Source: Eledone cirrhosa | Lineage: Eukaryota | Assembly: GCA_964016885.1 (NCBI GenBank) | Contig: OZ024742.1 | Coordinates: 282,038,001 to 282,102,000 of the forward strand | Direction: 5' to 3' | DNA: 64,000 bases | Shown: positions 29,626 through 41,629 of the stretch, in pieces | How the letters are laid out: every line of letters begins with the position of its first letter | How positions within the stretch are numbered: the stretch's first letter is position 1 | Translations under genes and position numbers: made by a program | Notes under the pieces: model-generated | The model's database searches: none | What the model saw: only the letters and a program-made list of their open reading frames with translations | What the model was told of the DNA's origin: nothing

Positions 29626-30298
29626 GAGAGAGAGAGAGAGAGAGAGAAAGATCTGCCCCAGCTCCTGCTTTCCATCACTCGTGAAATTTTCTTACTTGAA
29701 ATTTTCCATATACTTCAGAGAACAAAATCGGCAAAAGAGGCCGCAAAATCGCTCGGTATGCAAATGAGGCTAATCAGCCGATGTATACATTTGAAAATAC
29801 TATGTATTCTCAGGTGTTCCAGCGGGTAGCATAACGAGCGCAATACACAATCTTGACATAGAGCAAGACAATCCGAAACGATTATCAATTCTCAATTGTT
29901 TCCTCCCAGCTACCTCAGGAACAAAAGTATGACGTTGCCATCTACCACGTGGTGTTTTATGAGGCGGTTTATTTGTAAACAAATGGAATATTAATATTGT
30001 TATGATATTATATTATTATTATTCACGCTTAGTGAGTTCAAATCCCGCCAAGCTTAAATTTTCTTTTTATCTTTATGGTGTCGATTTAATCGACTTTCCT
30101 CCTACCCCAAAGTTGCTGGCCTTGTGCCTAAATAAGAACCCATTTTTATTCACGCTTAGGGCGGTTGCTTGGCAGTATTAGTAGAACCTCAAACACCATG
30201 CTTTGGTAGTACCTATCTAAATAATGGTTTCTTATATAGGCACAAGGCCAGCAATCTTTGGGAAGGGGAAAGTCGGTTAAATGAAGACAGACATAAAT

Positions 30299-30407
30299 AT
30301 CTGTCTCCAAGAAACGACTGGTAAATGAAGTAATTATCTTATGTTGTTTATTACATAGCCCACATAGAGCACTCTCTTTTCTTTTACCTTTCCTACGGAA
30401 ATACTTC

Positions 30408-30448
<41 letters not shown>

Positions 30449-30465
30449 TATATAAATATACATAT

Positions 30466-30561
<96 letters not shown>

Positions 30562-30753
30562 AATGTATATTTATATATGTGTGCATATATATATATATAT
30601 ATGTATGTATATATATATATATATATATGAAGTATTTCCGTAGGAAAGGTAAAGGAAAAGAGAGTGCTCTATGTGGGCTACAGAGCTTTTTAGTTATGTA
30701 ATAAAAAACATAAGATAATTACTTCATTTACCAGTCGTTTCTTGGAGACAGAT
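30299..30753. repeat. Inverted repeat (~110-bp arms) enclosing a TA/CA microsatellite
   Basis: 30299-30409 is the imperfect reverse complement of 30628-30753. Confidence 0.8.
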
Positions 30754-30768
30754 GTGTTTGTATATATA

Positions 30769-31172
30769 TCACCGGGAGAGATGACCCCTTAGCCTTTGTC
30801 AAGGCAGAATTCTAGGAGAAGGAAAACTCTGATATAGCACCTGCAACCCTGATGGTATCCAATGATGTTGAAGTGTTCTTCTTTTTGGTAAATATCATCT
30901 TGGTTGAGAGAGTGGGACTGGCTTTGTGCAGTGCCTTTGCTCACTATAAAAGCTTCACGGCACAGGCATTGCTTTATATCTGGAGATCTCTCTGCACTTG
31001 TCATCACATGGGCCCAGCACTATGTGTCAATAATTGTCAGAAGTGTAGTGTTTGTACCAGAGTTTTCAAGTCGCTGGCTGGACTAAAAAGTCACACTCGT
31101 TCAGCGCATCGGTAGGAGTTCTCCTACATGGATATAAAGTAGTGGCCGTACTCGAAAATGAGTTGGCAGCCA

Positions 31173-31175
<3 letters not shown>
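30769..31175 (+). mobile_element. Bipartite RTE-like derivative, second copy
   Basis: Reverse complement of 13879-14292; C2H2 remnant CSVCTRVFKSLAGLKSHTRSAHR. Confidence 0.65.
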
Positions 31176-31246
<71 letters not shown>

Positions 31247-31302
31247 TATATATATATACTCTCAAGCATGAACCTAATACTAACAGTTCGTTATCTGTTT
31301 TA

Positions 31303-31359
<57 letters not shown>

Positions 31360-31645
31360 AACACACGTACATTACAGAGACTATTGAAAATGTCTGAAGA
31401 ACCTAAGCAGAATAAAGCTGTCTGTTGTCATGCCATATAGCGATGATTCAAAAACAACGTTTGGGCTGTTACAACATGCATTGTCTTTGAATTGATTCGA
31501 CACTCTGAACTGAAAGTAGGACATACTTGTTATGACATTTTTAATCTCCGCATCTAGCTATCTATCTAACAATCTATCTAACCCCCCCCCTCTCTCTCCC
31601 CCTTCCTCTCTCTCTCTCTCTGTCTCTCATATATATATATACATA

Positions 31646-31717
<72 letters not shown>

Positions 31718-31721
<4 letters not shown>

Positions 31722-32061
31722 GGAGGTGAGTTTTATTGTAGTACAATAAAGCAATGCAAATATCGTATAAGAAGCACTCTACAGTTTGTAGGACTGGAGT
31801 ATACATAATATATAAGATCAAAAGATGGTTAAAAGAGTTCCATGTATTTTATTATGCGCATTTCAAAAACAAATATCATCATGCAATAACATTTGTGTTT
31901 TCATCAGATAAAATAGGAAGACATGATATTAAGTGTTTTTTAACCTTCATATCATGTCTTCCTATTTAATCTGATGAAAACACAAATGTTATTGCATGAT
32001 GATATTTGTTTTTGAAATGCGCATAATAAAATACATGGAACTCTTTTAACCATCTTTTGAT

Positions 32062-32066
<5 letters not shown>
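31718..32066. mobile_element. Family H fold-back with two mirror HHRs and left tail
   Basis: 31808-31929 vs 31949-32066 form a near-perfect IR; extra ~90 bp on the left only; TA flanks. Confidence 0.85.
31963..32033 (+). ncRNA. Type I hammerhead with extended helix II (family H)
   Basis: tatttaat-CTGATGA-aaacacaaatgttat..atgatatttgttttt-GAAA-tgcgca-TA-ataaaata. The mirror copy at 31845-31915 (-) has a perfect 8-bp helix I. Confidence 0.82.
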
Positions 32067-32119
<53 letters not shown>

Positions 32120-32185
32120 AATATAAATTCAGCCAGAATCGTATTTCGGCTGGTAGAAAAAGCGAAACGAAATTCAAAATCGTAG

Positions 32186-32245
<60 letters not shown>

Positions 32246-32248
<3 letters not shown>

Positions 32249-32744
32249 ACTAGAAATTGATTAACATATAAATAAACATGAATAATCACAGGAGATAATT
32301 TTTACAAGTGTGTAAGCACACATAGCTAGGTAGGTAACTAAATAAAGTTAACCAGAACTTCAAAAATAGATACCTTATAATATGATTAATCTTCCCTGTA
32401 TATATTCCATTAAAGAAATATATTTCACCAATTAATCGAATGGTAAACCATAGAGGCCGGTACTTGGATTTTCAACAAGATTTTCAACAAGATTAATCAT
32501 ATTATAAGGTATCTATTTTTGAAGTTCTGGTTAACTTTATTTAGTTACCTACCTAGCTATGTGTGCTTACACACTTGTAAAAATTATCTCCTGTGATTAT
32601 TCATGTTTATTTATATGCTAATCAATTTCTAGTTATTATAAAATGCTCGAACCTATTCGTTAGAATCTTAGAGCTTATTTTGCGGGTGATATGGCGCATG
32701 CCTTTCTGGCATGACACCCATAATTTTGATTATCTTAATTTTGG

Positions 32745-32746
<2 letters not shown>
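32246..32746 (+). mobile_element. TA-embedded fold-back element (~145-bp arms, right tail, no HHR seen)
   Basis: 32247-32392 vs 32490-32635 are inverted; tail runs to 32746. Confidence 0.75.
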
Positions 32747-32790
<44 letters not shown>

Positions 32791-32793
<3 letters not shown>

Positions 32794-33219
32794 AATTATT
32801 AAAAAAATAATGAATAAACAAAGAAACAGTTCCTTATATTAAACAAAAAAAGTTCATTATTTTACGATCGTTTCTAGGACATATAAGTTTATTTCTGAAG
32901 ACAGCATATATATGTGAAGGTATGTATATTCTCTCTGATAGTTTGTATAATTTTGTACATAGATCTTTTGAATATGCATACCAATTCTAACACATATATG
33001 TCCTAGAAACGATCGTAAAATAATGAACTTTTTTTGTTTAATATAAGGAACTGTTTCTTTGTTTATTCATTATTTTTTTAATAATTTATCTTGACTCTGT
33101 TTTCCGTTTATCTTTCACCGAAAGTGATTTTGAATGCATCTCTTCTTTTCATGATATCCGGATTACATTGAGTTCTTCATACGGATTGGACACTACCGTA
33201 AACTTTTGGTAGATTTATC

Positions 33220-33222
<3 letters not shown>
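32791..33222 (+). mobile_element. Family I fold-back with tail
   Basis: 32791-32885 vs 32995-33089 are inverted; tail 33090-33222; TA flanks. Confidence 0.82.
32889..33023 (+). ncRNA. Type I hammerhead with ~100-nt helix II (family I)
   Basis: ttattt-CTGAAGA-[catatatatgtg/cacatatatg; ggtatgtatattc/gaatatgcatacc]-GAAA-cgatcg-TA-aaataa. Confidence 0.75.
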
Positions 33223-33268
<46 letters not shown>

Positions 33269-33408
33269 CTACTTCCTCATTTTTGAATTAGTTTGAGTAT
33301 TTCTTTAGAACTGCTCGAGTAGCAACCTAGCACATACATCAAGCACTGATGGTGATTATCGCTAAATAATGATATTGATTTGATTATCAATATTAGTATT
33401 ATTGGGCA

Positions 33409-33535
33409 CCCGCTGAAGAATTATAAGAGCCCACTTGAATATGTATCTGTTGATCTTATACAAGCACCTACATAAATTGGTATAATTTCACCCAAATTGT
33501 AGGAATCTTATAATGAAACGAGACGTCCGTCTGGG
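33409..33535 (+). ncRNA. Type I hammerhead with long, possibly branched helix II (family N; element ~33264-33712 between TA tracts)
   Basis: cccg-CTGAAGA-attataaga...tcttataat-GAAA-cg aga cg-TC-cg..ggg; 9-bp perfect helix II base; GUC site. Confidence 0.75.
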
Positions 33536-33705
33536 AATAGATATATTCGATATGTCTCATATGAAATAATACAGCCAATTTTCCACACAATACATTTAGT
33601 TAGCACACCGAACGTTTAATTAGGAATATACTCCCTTATTTCCTAATGTTTATTGAGTGAGTTGGGATTTGGCCGGAGTATCGCTAAAAGCTTTCTCCGA
33701 TAATG

Positions 33706-33774
<69 letters not shown>

Positions 33775-33780
33775 TATATA

Positions 33781-33869
33781 GGAAAATGTTTGACCCCGGC
33801 GGCAGAGCTCAAGCCATTTCAACGGCTATTTATGGACTCTACTACCCTAAGTACTCTGGTGCGTTATGG
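33781..33869. mobile_element. Family A decayed copy
   Basis: Inverted arm fused to a tail fragment. Confidence 0.65.
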
Positions 33870-33892
33870 TATATATATATATGTATAAATAC

Positions 33893-33955
<63 letters not shown>

Positions 33956-33963
33956 ATAAATAT

Positions 33964-34030
<67 letters not shown>

Positions 34031-34049
34031 AAATATGGTATATATATAT

Positions 34050-34660
34050 ATGTATAAATATTTCGTATCTCCAAAGAAATACGGTTTTAGGAAGCCGTAG
34101 CTATGCAAACATCGAGGGTGCTAACGCCCTCTGGTGATGTCCAGCAAAAACAAGGGGCACAACCGTCTATGCATTTCAGGCTTAACTGGCCATCGTCAGG
34201 ACGTTCCCTCCCACTGCTTGAGACTGCTGGACTAGAAGACAGCTGAGAATATATACTTTTCTTGTCTGTGTAAATTAGGTGATTAATCTCATTTGCATAT
34301 GAAGCTGCATAAGTTGATTCAACTTATAATAGAAAGTTGAGCCAACTTATGCAGCTTCATATACAAATGAGATTAATCACCTCATTTACACAGACGAGAA
34401 ATCTATATATTCTCGCCTGTCTTCTAGTCCAGCAGTCTCAAGCAGTGGGAGGGACCGTCCTGACGATGGCCAGTTAAGCCTGAAATGCATAGACGGTTGT
34501 ACCGCTTGCTTCTGCTGTCCATCAACAGAGGGCGTTAGCCCCCCCCCCCCCCCCGGTATTTGCATAGCTACGGCTTCCTAAAACCGTATTTCTTTGGAGA
34601 TACGAAATATTTATACATATTGTATAAAGCTATGCTTGAAGCGAAATCTTATTTCTTTTC
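34050..34660. mobile_element. Family B fold-back with two mirror HHRs
   Basis: Left arm on minus to ~34330, right arm on plus. accgtc-CTGACGA..GAAA-tgca-TA-gacggt at 34454-34497; mirror at 34161-34206. Confidence 0.85.
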
Positions 34661-34679
34661 TATATATATATATATATAT

Positions 34680-36016
34680 GAATATAGACATAGAATATTC
34701 TCGAATATTCTGTATGTTTATAATAAACATTTTGAAGACCTAATCGCTATAGAATAGAATACGTCACGTATTACAATTAGATTCTCGATAAAAGCAAGGG
34801 AAGTAATCTACGCGTTTCATTCTTGTTAGAAATCATCAGGACTACATATCCAGTGCTTTTATCGAGAATGACACAGCTAGAGACTTATAGAATACTTAGC
34901 TGTGTACAGGAACTGGTTTGAAAGAGCGGTTGCCGGTCCGGCAGAAATTAGAAATTGGAATAAATGCTCTGAAATAGCGATATATATGTGAATATAGACA
35001 TAGAATATTCTCGAATATTCTGTATGTTTATAATAAACATTTTGAAGACCTAATCGCTATAGAATAGAATACGTCACGTATTACAATTAGATTCTCGATA
35101 AAAGCAAGGGAAGTAATCTACGCGTTTCATTCTTGTTAGAAATCATCAGGACTACATATCCAGTGCTTTTATCGAGAATGACACAGCTAGAGACTTATAG
35201 AATACTTAGCTGTGTACAGGAACTGGTTTGAAAGAGCGGTTGCCGGTCCGGCAGAAATTAGAAATTGGAATAAATGCTCTGAAATAGCGATATATATGTG
35301 AATATAGACATAGAATATTCTCGAATATTCTGTATGTTTATAATAAACATTTTGAAGACCTAATCGCTATAGAATAGAATACGTCACGTATTACAATTAG
35401 ATTCTCGATAAAAGCAAGGGAAGTAATCTACGCGTTTCATTCTTGTTAGAAATCATCAGGACTACATATCCAGTGCTTTTATCGAGAATGACGCAGCTAG
35501 AGACTTATAGAATACTTAGCTGTGTACAGGAACTGGTTTGAAAGAGCGGTTGCCGGTCCGGCAGAAATTAGAAATTGGAATAAATGCTCTGAAATAGCGA
35601 TATATATGTGAATATAGACATAGAATATTCTCGAATATTCTGTATGTTTATAATAAACATTTTGAAGACCTAATCGCTATAGAATAGAATACGTCACGTA
35701 TTACAATTAGATTCTCGATAAAAGCAAGGGAAGTAATCTACGCGTTTCATTCTTGTTAGAAATCATCAGGACTACATATCCAGTGCTTTTATCGTCATTC
35801 TCGATAAAAGCACTGGATATGTAGTCCTGATGATTTCTAACAAGAATGAAACGCGTAGATTACTTCCCTTGCTTTTATCGAGAATCTAATTGTAATACGT
35901 GACGTATTCTATTCTATAGCGATTAGGTCTTCAAAATGTTTATTATAAACATACAGAATATTCGAGAATATTCTATGTCTATATTCACATATATATCGCT
36001 ATTTCAGAGCATTTAT

Positions 36017-36022
<6 letters not shown>
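34680..36022. mobile_element. Family C2: 310-bp tandem array (3.6 near-identical units) plus inverted partial unit
   Basis: Units start at 34681, 34991, 35301 and 35611; inversion at ~35795; one HHR per unit; TA flanks. Confidence 0.9.
35821..35863 (+). ncRNA. Type I hammerhead (family C2); minus-strand copies at 34803-34845, 35113-35155, 35423-35465, 35733-35775
   Basis: gtagtc-CTGATGA-tttct aaca agaat-GAAA-cgcg-TA-gattac; palindromic ACGCGT; enclosed by attctcgataaaagca/tgcttttatcgagaat. Confidence 0.85.
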
Positions 36023-36062
<40 letters not shown>

Positions 36063-37232
36063 CTTAAGGTTTGTTGGTTCACCACTGGATAGAATTGGTC
36101 ATTCCGTATGGTCAATCTTGATGTAATATTGTGGAGAGTACTCAACGTAGTGCAGTTCACCCGTCTTCGTTTGTGTAGTTGGTGGTGCGAATACGGAGTT
36201 AATTATAAATAAATAGAATAACAGGGGGCTGGACTGGTGTAAATCCTTGAAAGGTTTATTATACTATGATCATTTCAATGACTGGGTTACATATGAATCC
36301 GGTGATATCATCAGGTATTGGAATATAACAAAGGAATATGTAAAAAACCATGGGTCCGAAAAATCAGAGACAGAGACAGAGAGGACGACTGACCAACTAG
36401 CTGCTTTCACCTCGGCCAGTCGCCCTCAAGGTGATGGCAACTGAATCTACTAATGACCATCTGGTGAGGGGGCGAAGGCTTATAATGCACTATCACCTCT
36501 CCGTCAAAGAAAAAGGTGAAGAAAGAAAGAAAGGAAGAAAGAAGAAGAAAAAGGAAGAAAGGAAGAAAGAAGTCAGCGTAAGGATCACACTACATCCATG
36601 CTAGAAAATACCGCGAAAAATGCTACTCCAAAGAATCTATATTTACCAAAGGCATATATAATGGGTCTCTGTATGGTCTAATGTGTGAACCGAAAATTGG
36701 AACATTAAACCTATGTTACGAGTAATAGGATGAAATTAAATTAAATTAAAAAATATTAAATTGCAAAATGATAAATTAAAAAATAAATTATTAGAAAATG
36801 AAAGGTTAAGGTCGCGAGATTTATTTTATGAACTTACATACAGAGTCTCATATGAAAAAATTAATCTCGATAAGATATAGAGTAAATATTTCGATTGTGA
36901 GACCCAGCCAGCCCCCCCCCCCCCCCCCCCACCATGAGTCAGCCAGTTTCGAGTGGTATCGTCCAGCGAAAGAAATGGAAATTAATTTTTCCGAGTACTC
37001 TAGGAACGTAGCTACCTTAGGCCCCGGGAGTGCTAGCGGGAAGTCTACAATTTCGACAGGCCATCGTCTATACCAAACGAATATTATTAATTCACACATG
37101 AGGGGGTTTATTTACTCTACTACCCTAAGTATTCAGTACTCTGGTGCGTTATGGTCCATCTCGTTCCTTACCACAATTCCTTTGTTATAAATATTTATAT
37201 ATATACACACACACACACACACACATATATAT

Positions 37233-37876
37233 AATGCAATGAAATACCTATGACCGTTGGTAAATCACTGATGAGGGACTCATTTTATAACATGTTATCC
37301 ATGTGCAACCATGCAGTATTCTTCTCCCCATTTTTTCACATATATTTACCTAAACTGCGATTCTGTTTTTCTCTCTCTCTATCTTACTGCTCCCTCGTTC
37401 TCTCTGTTTCTCCTACTTTCTTTCGTCCCCTCTGTCATGTCAGTTAACACTTTCTCTCTACTGACCTCTTCCTCACACTTCCACTTACTCACTCACTCAC
37501 TGTTTCTCCCCTTCTTACTTCCCCCCGTTCGCGACGTTAACGATTTTCCTTCTTTCTTACATCGGATTCATCTCGAAAGGTCTATTTTCTACTCGCTCAT
37601 ATATTCACCCAGCTTATACTGATAGAATAACTATGTAGCTTGTGTCTCTTCCTATCTTCGGTTAGCTTTCCTCTGTGTTGTTTACTTGTCTCACTCGCTT
37701 TACGCGTTTTAATTGTCCTAATAACTTTTTTTAGTTATTATTGCGTCAACGTGGGGTATATGATTTTTAATGCAATGAAATACGTATGACCGTTGGTAAA
37801 TCACTGATGAGGGACTCATTTTATAACATGTTATCCATGTGCAACCATGCAGTATTCTTCTCCCCATTTTTTCACA
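37233..37876 (+). repeat. ~108-bp direct repeat (37233-37340, 37769-37876) with HHR-like boxes
   Basis: Near-identical copies 536 bp apart, each followed by TA-like repeats. Confidence 0.8.
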
Positions 37877-37958
37877 CATATATATATATATATATATATA
37901 GTAATAATAATAAATTTGAAGACTAAAATCCAAAGAGGGCTTAAACTTTAATCTCTTC

Positions 37959-38031
<73 letters not shown>

Positions 38032-38242
38032 CATAATTAAATTTGTCATTAGTATACATAACACCACAATGAAAAGAGATCGCTAAAAACTCTCGTTTTG
38101 AGAAGCAAATATTTATGTAGACCATCCTATATATCACGGAAGGTCAAATACCAATAAAGTACACTAAAAACAACACTTCACAAGAATCTTTCATCGGAGG
38201 GATTCTTTAAGGTATAAGAAAAATATAAATACCCGTTGGGAG

Positions 38243-38324
38243 AAATTCTGTTAATGATGATCGTATCAATCTATTGGAATAGTTTGATATATTCTTAGGT
38301 TTTGAAACTGCAGTCAGAGAATTT
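38243..38324 (+). ncRNA. Degenerate hammerhead (family O; element ~38026-38445)
   Basis: aaattct..-ATGATGA(C3A)-..tatcaa..ttgata..-GAAA-ctgcag-TC-agagaattt, enclosed by acttcacaag.atctttca / tgaaagat.cttgtgaagt. Confidence 0.55.
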
Positions 38325-38445
38325 TAGTCAGATTTCCTATTTGGGGTTACTTAACTGTGAATATGTCCCTGGTGAAAGATGCTTGTGAAGTATCCGTTTT
38401 AAAGTACTTTACTGGGATCTAACCTTCAGTGATTTTGTATAAGAG

Positions 38446-38503
<58 letters not shown>

Positions 38504-38902
38504 TCTCTTTCCTCCCTCTCTCTCTCCCTCTCTCCCTCTCTCCACACACATACATATATATGTGTGTATATATATATATATAAAAGCAAGCCTAACTTAA
38601 CAATTCATATGTATATATCTATCTATCTACGGAATGTAACGTCCACAGCTGAGCAATGTCAAAACGCGCATCACTACTCAATAAACGTAAAGAAGACATA
38701 ACATAACGTCCTTTTTATTATTGCCTTTCATCTTTACGGGATCGATAAAATGAAGTACCAGTCACTCACTGGGGCCGATTCAATCGACTTTCCCCTCCCC
38801 CAAAATTGCTGGCCTTGTGCCTATATAAGAAACCATTGTTTTATAATAGTAGAACAATAGTAGTAGTAGAGCACTTAGTCCATGGGATAAGTTTGGTAGA
38901 AG

Positions 38903-39039
38903 TAGTTCCACAACAGTTAGTTCACCATACCGAGAACAACTGTTTCACCTTATGCGGATCTTCAGAGTCAGACCGAGCTGAAGATCCGCATAAGGTGAAA
39001 CAGTTGTTCTCGGTATGGTGAACTAACTGTTGTGGAACT
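38903..39039. mobile_element. Family F fold-back
   Basis: 38903-38965 is a perfect IR of 38978-39039. Confidence 0.82.
38972..39014 (+). ncRNA. Minimal type I hammerhead (family F)
   Basis: accgag-CTGAAGA-tcc gcataa ggt-GAAA-cagttg-TT-ctcggt; 6-bp helix I; GUU site. Confidence 0.82.
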
Positions 39040-39087
39040 AATTCTCTCTGTCTCTCTCTCTCTCTCTCACTCTCTCTCTCTCTCTCA

Positions 39088-39140
<53 letters not shown>

Positions 39141-39143
<3 letters not shown>

Positions 39144-39326
39144 CGAAGGAAATGTGGTAAGGAACCAGGTGGACCATAACGCACCAAAGTACTCAATACT
39201 TAGGGTAGTAGAGTGGGTAGTAGGAACGAGTAGGACCCCGACGGCTGAGCTCAAGCCGTTTCGACGGCTAATTCTGGACTGAAAATACTCAGCCGTCGGG
39301 GTCCTACCGTCGGGGTCCTACTCGTT

Positions 39327-39366
<40 letters not shown>

Positions 39367-39556
39367 AAAAGGTATGACCCCAACGGCAGAGCTCAAGCCG
39401 TTTCGACGGCTATTTCAGTCCAGAAATAGCCGTCGAAACGGCTTGATCTCTGCCGTCGGGGTCATACTTTTTTCCTATTTCCCACTCTACTACCCTAAGT
39501 ATTGAGTACTCTGCTGCGTTATGGGCCATCTGGTTCCTTATCACAATTCCTTTGTT
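39141..39556. mobile_element. Two adjacent family A copies (39141-39330 tail left; 39363-39556 tail right)
   Basis: Homology to 1014-1217 and 29394-29588. Confidence 0.82.
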
Positions 39557-39695
39557 ATATATATTTATATATATACACATATTTATATATATATATACAT
39601 ATATATTTATATATATGTATATGTTTAAATAAATATATATATATATTGTATTATATTATTTATGTTCCTACAACGAACAAAAGCGCTACCAAAGG

Positions 39696-39770
<75 letters not shown>

Positions 39771-40171
39771 TAGATAGATATATAGATATATATTTATGCT
39801 TTACTGCGGCAACAACTTCGATTTAAATCATGTGTGTGTGTGGGGGGGTAGGGAGCGAAAGAGAGTGTTATGGGTGTGTGTGCGTAAGTGTCAGTGTGCT
39901 ATGTGTGTGTGTTGTATAATAGAACAGTGGTATAGGGTGAGGGTTGTGGGATAGATGGTGGTAGAAAGAGATATCATATGGTACATTATCAATGTGTAGA
40001 TCTCATTAGAGATAACATGTTGTTTATGATACCAGGTTATTATCAGACAACACCCAACACCCGCTATCTACACGCCTCAGGGTATGTCTAGGACATATGT
40101 ATCAAAGTGTGTGTATATGTATGTGTAAATGACTGAATCTCTATATGCAGGTATATGTGCATGTGTATGTG

Positions 40172-40222
<51 letters not shown>

Positions 40223-40229
40223 GTATATA

Positions 40230-40264
<35 letters not shown>

Positions 40265-40419
40265 GTATATATGTATTTAAACATATACATGTATGTATAA
40301 ATGTATATATAATCATAAATATACATATATACAAGTATATTTGTATTTATACATATACATGTAAATATTTATATATATATACACACACACATACACATTT
40401 ATATATATATATTTATATA

Positions 40420-40735
40420 GTAATAATAATAAATTTTAAGACTAAAATCCAAAGAGAGCTCGATAAGGATAAATATATATCAAATATATAAGAACCGTAG
40501 AGCAAATATTTATTAAAATAACAGATTAAAGTTTAAGCAAAGAATCGCTGCTTTCACCCTTAACGGGATCTTCTGAAACTAACAAAGTCAATCTGTTCCC
40601 ACAGTTAAACGGTTGCAACGTTTTTTGAAATATCCAGTTCTGCGTTTACAGATTGACTTTGTTAGTTTCAGAAGATCCCGTTAAGGGTGAAAGCAACGAT
40701 TCTTTGCTTAAACTTTAATCTGTTATTTTAATAAA
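40420..40735. mobile_element. Family E fold-back with left tail and variant HHR
   Basis: Arms 40509-40596 and 40648-40735; tail 40420-40508. agttt-CAGAAGA-tccc gttaa gggt-GAAA-gcaa..ttgc-TT-aaact at 40664-40714. Confidence 0.8.
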
Positions 40736-40781
<46 letters not shown>

Positions 40782-40839
40782 TTAGTGCCTGTATTTCATT
40801 GTTTTAACTGTGGGAATATATCTATATATCTATATATAC

Positions 40840-40901
<62 letters not shown>

Positions 40902-40911
40902 GTATATATAG

Positions 40912-40977
<66 letters not shown>

Positions 40978-40982
40978 GTATA

Positions 40983-41025
<43 letters not shown>

Positions 41026-41629
41026 TAGCGAGGTTTTTTATATGAAATCGTGTGTCGAAACAAATATATATATTTATTGATTTTGACGAACTAGACAAAT
41101 AGAATGTGTGTATATTTGCACATATGCATAAGCACTTTATATGTTTGTAAAATGCATTACTGTATATACATGTATAAAATGATATATGTGTGTATTCGTG
41201 TGTGTGCGTACGTGTGTACGTTCTCCCTCTCTTCTATTCACTATCACCCTATCGATGCCCCTTTTTAAACTCCCCTTTCTCATATCCACTCCCTCCCTAA
41301 CTCTCTCTCCCTCTCTCGCCCTCTCTGTCTCTCACTCTCATTCTCTGTCTCTCTCCCTCTATCTCTCACCCTCACACACACGCACACATACACACATAAT
41401 CTCTGCGTCTTTCAATATGCTATGGTGGGGCATATCGACGATGTCCTATATAATCTACAACAGCAGCACACCCTTATCTCACACCATAAACAATGCACGA
41501 AGTTGAACTCTCCAATTCTGAAATTTATCAGTCATTTATTACTGTATGCAGCGTGTATGTGCATGTGTGTGTTTATGTTTGGGTGTATGAGTGTGTGTTT
41601 GCGTGTATAATCCTATATGTCTGTTTTCT

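Noticed and set aside
31808-32066. Fold-back elements as MITEs with TA target duplications
   Set aside because: One-sided tails, variable centres, permuted tandem units and embedded hammerheads fit retro-insertion better than TIR transposons.
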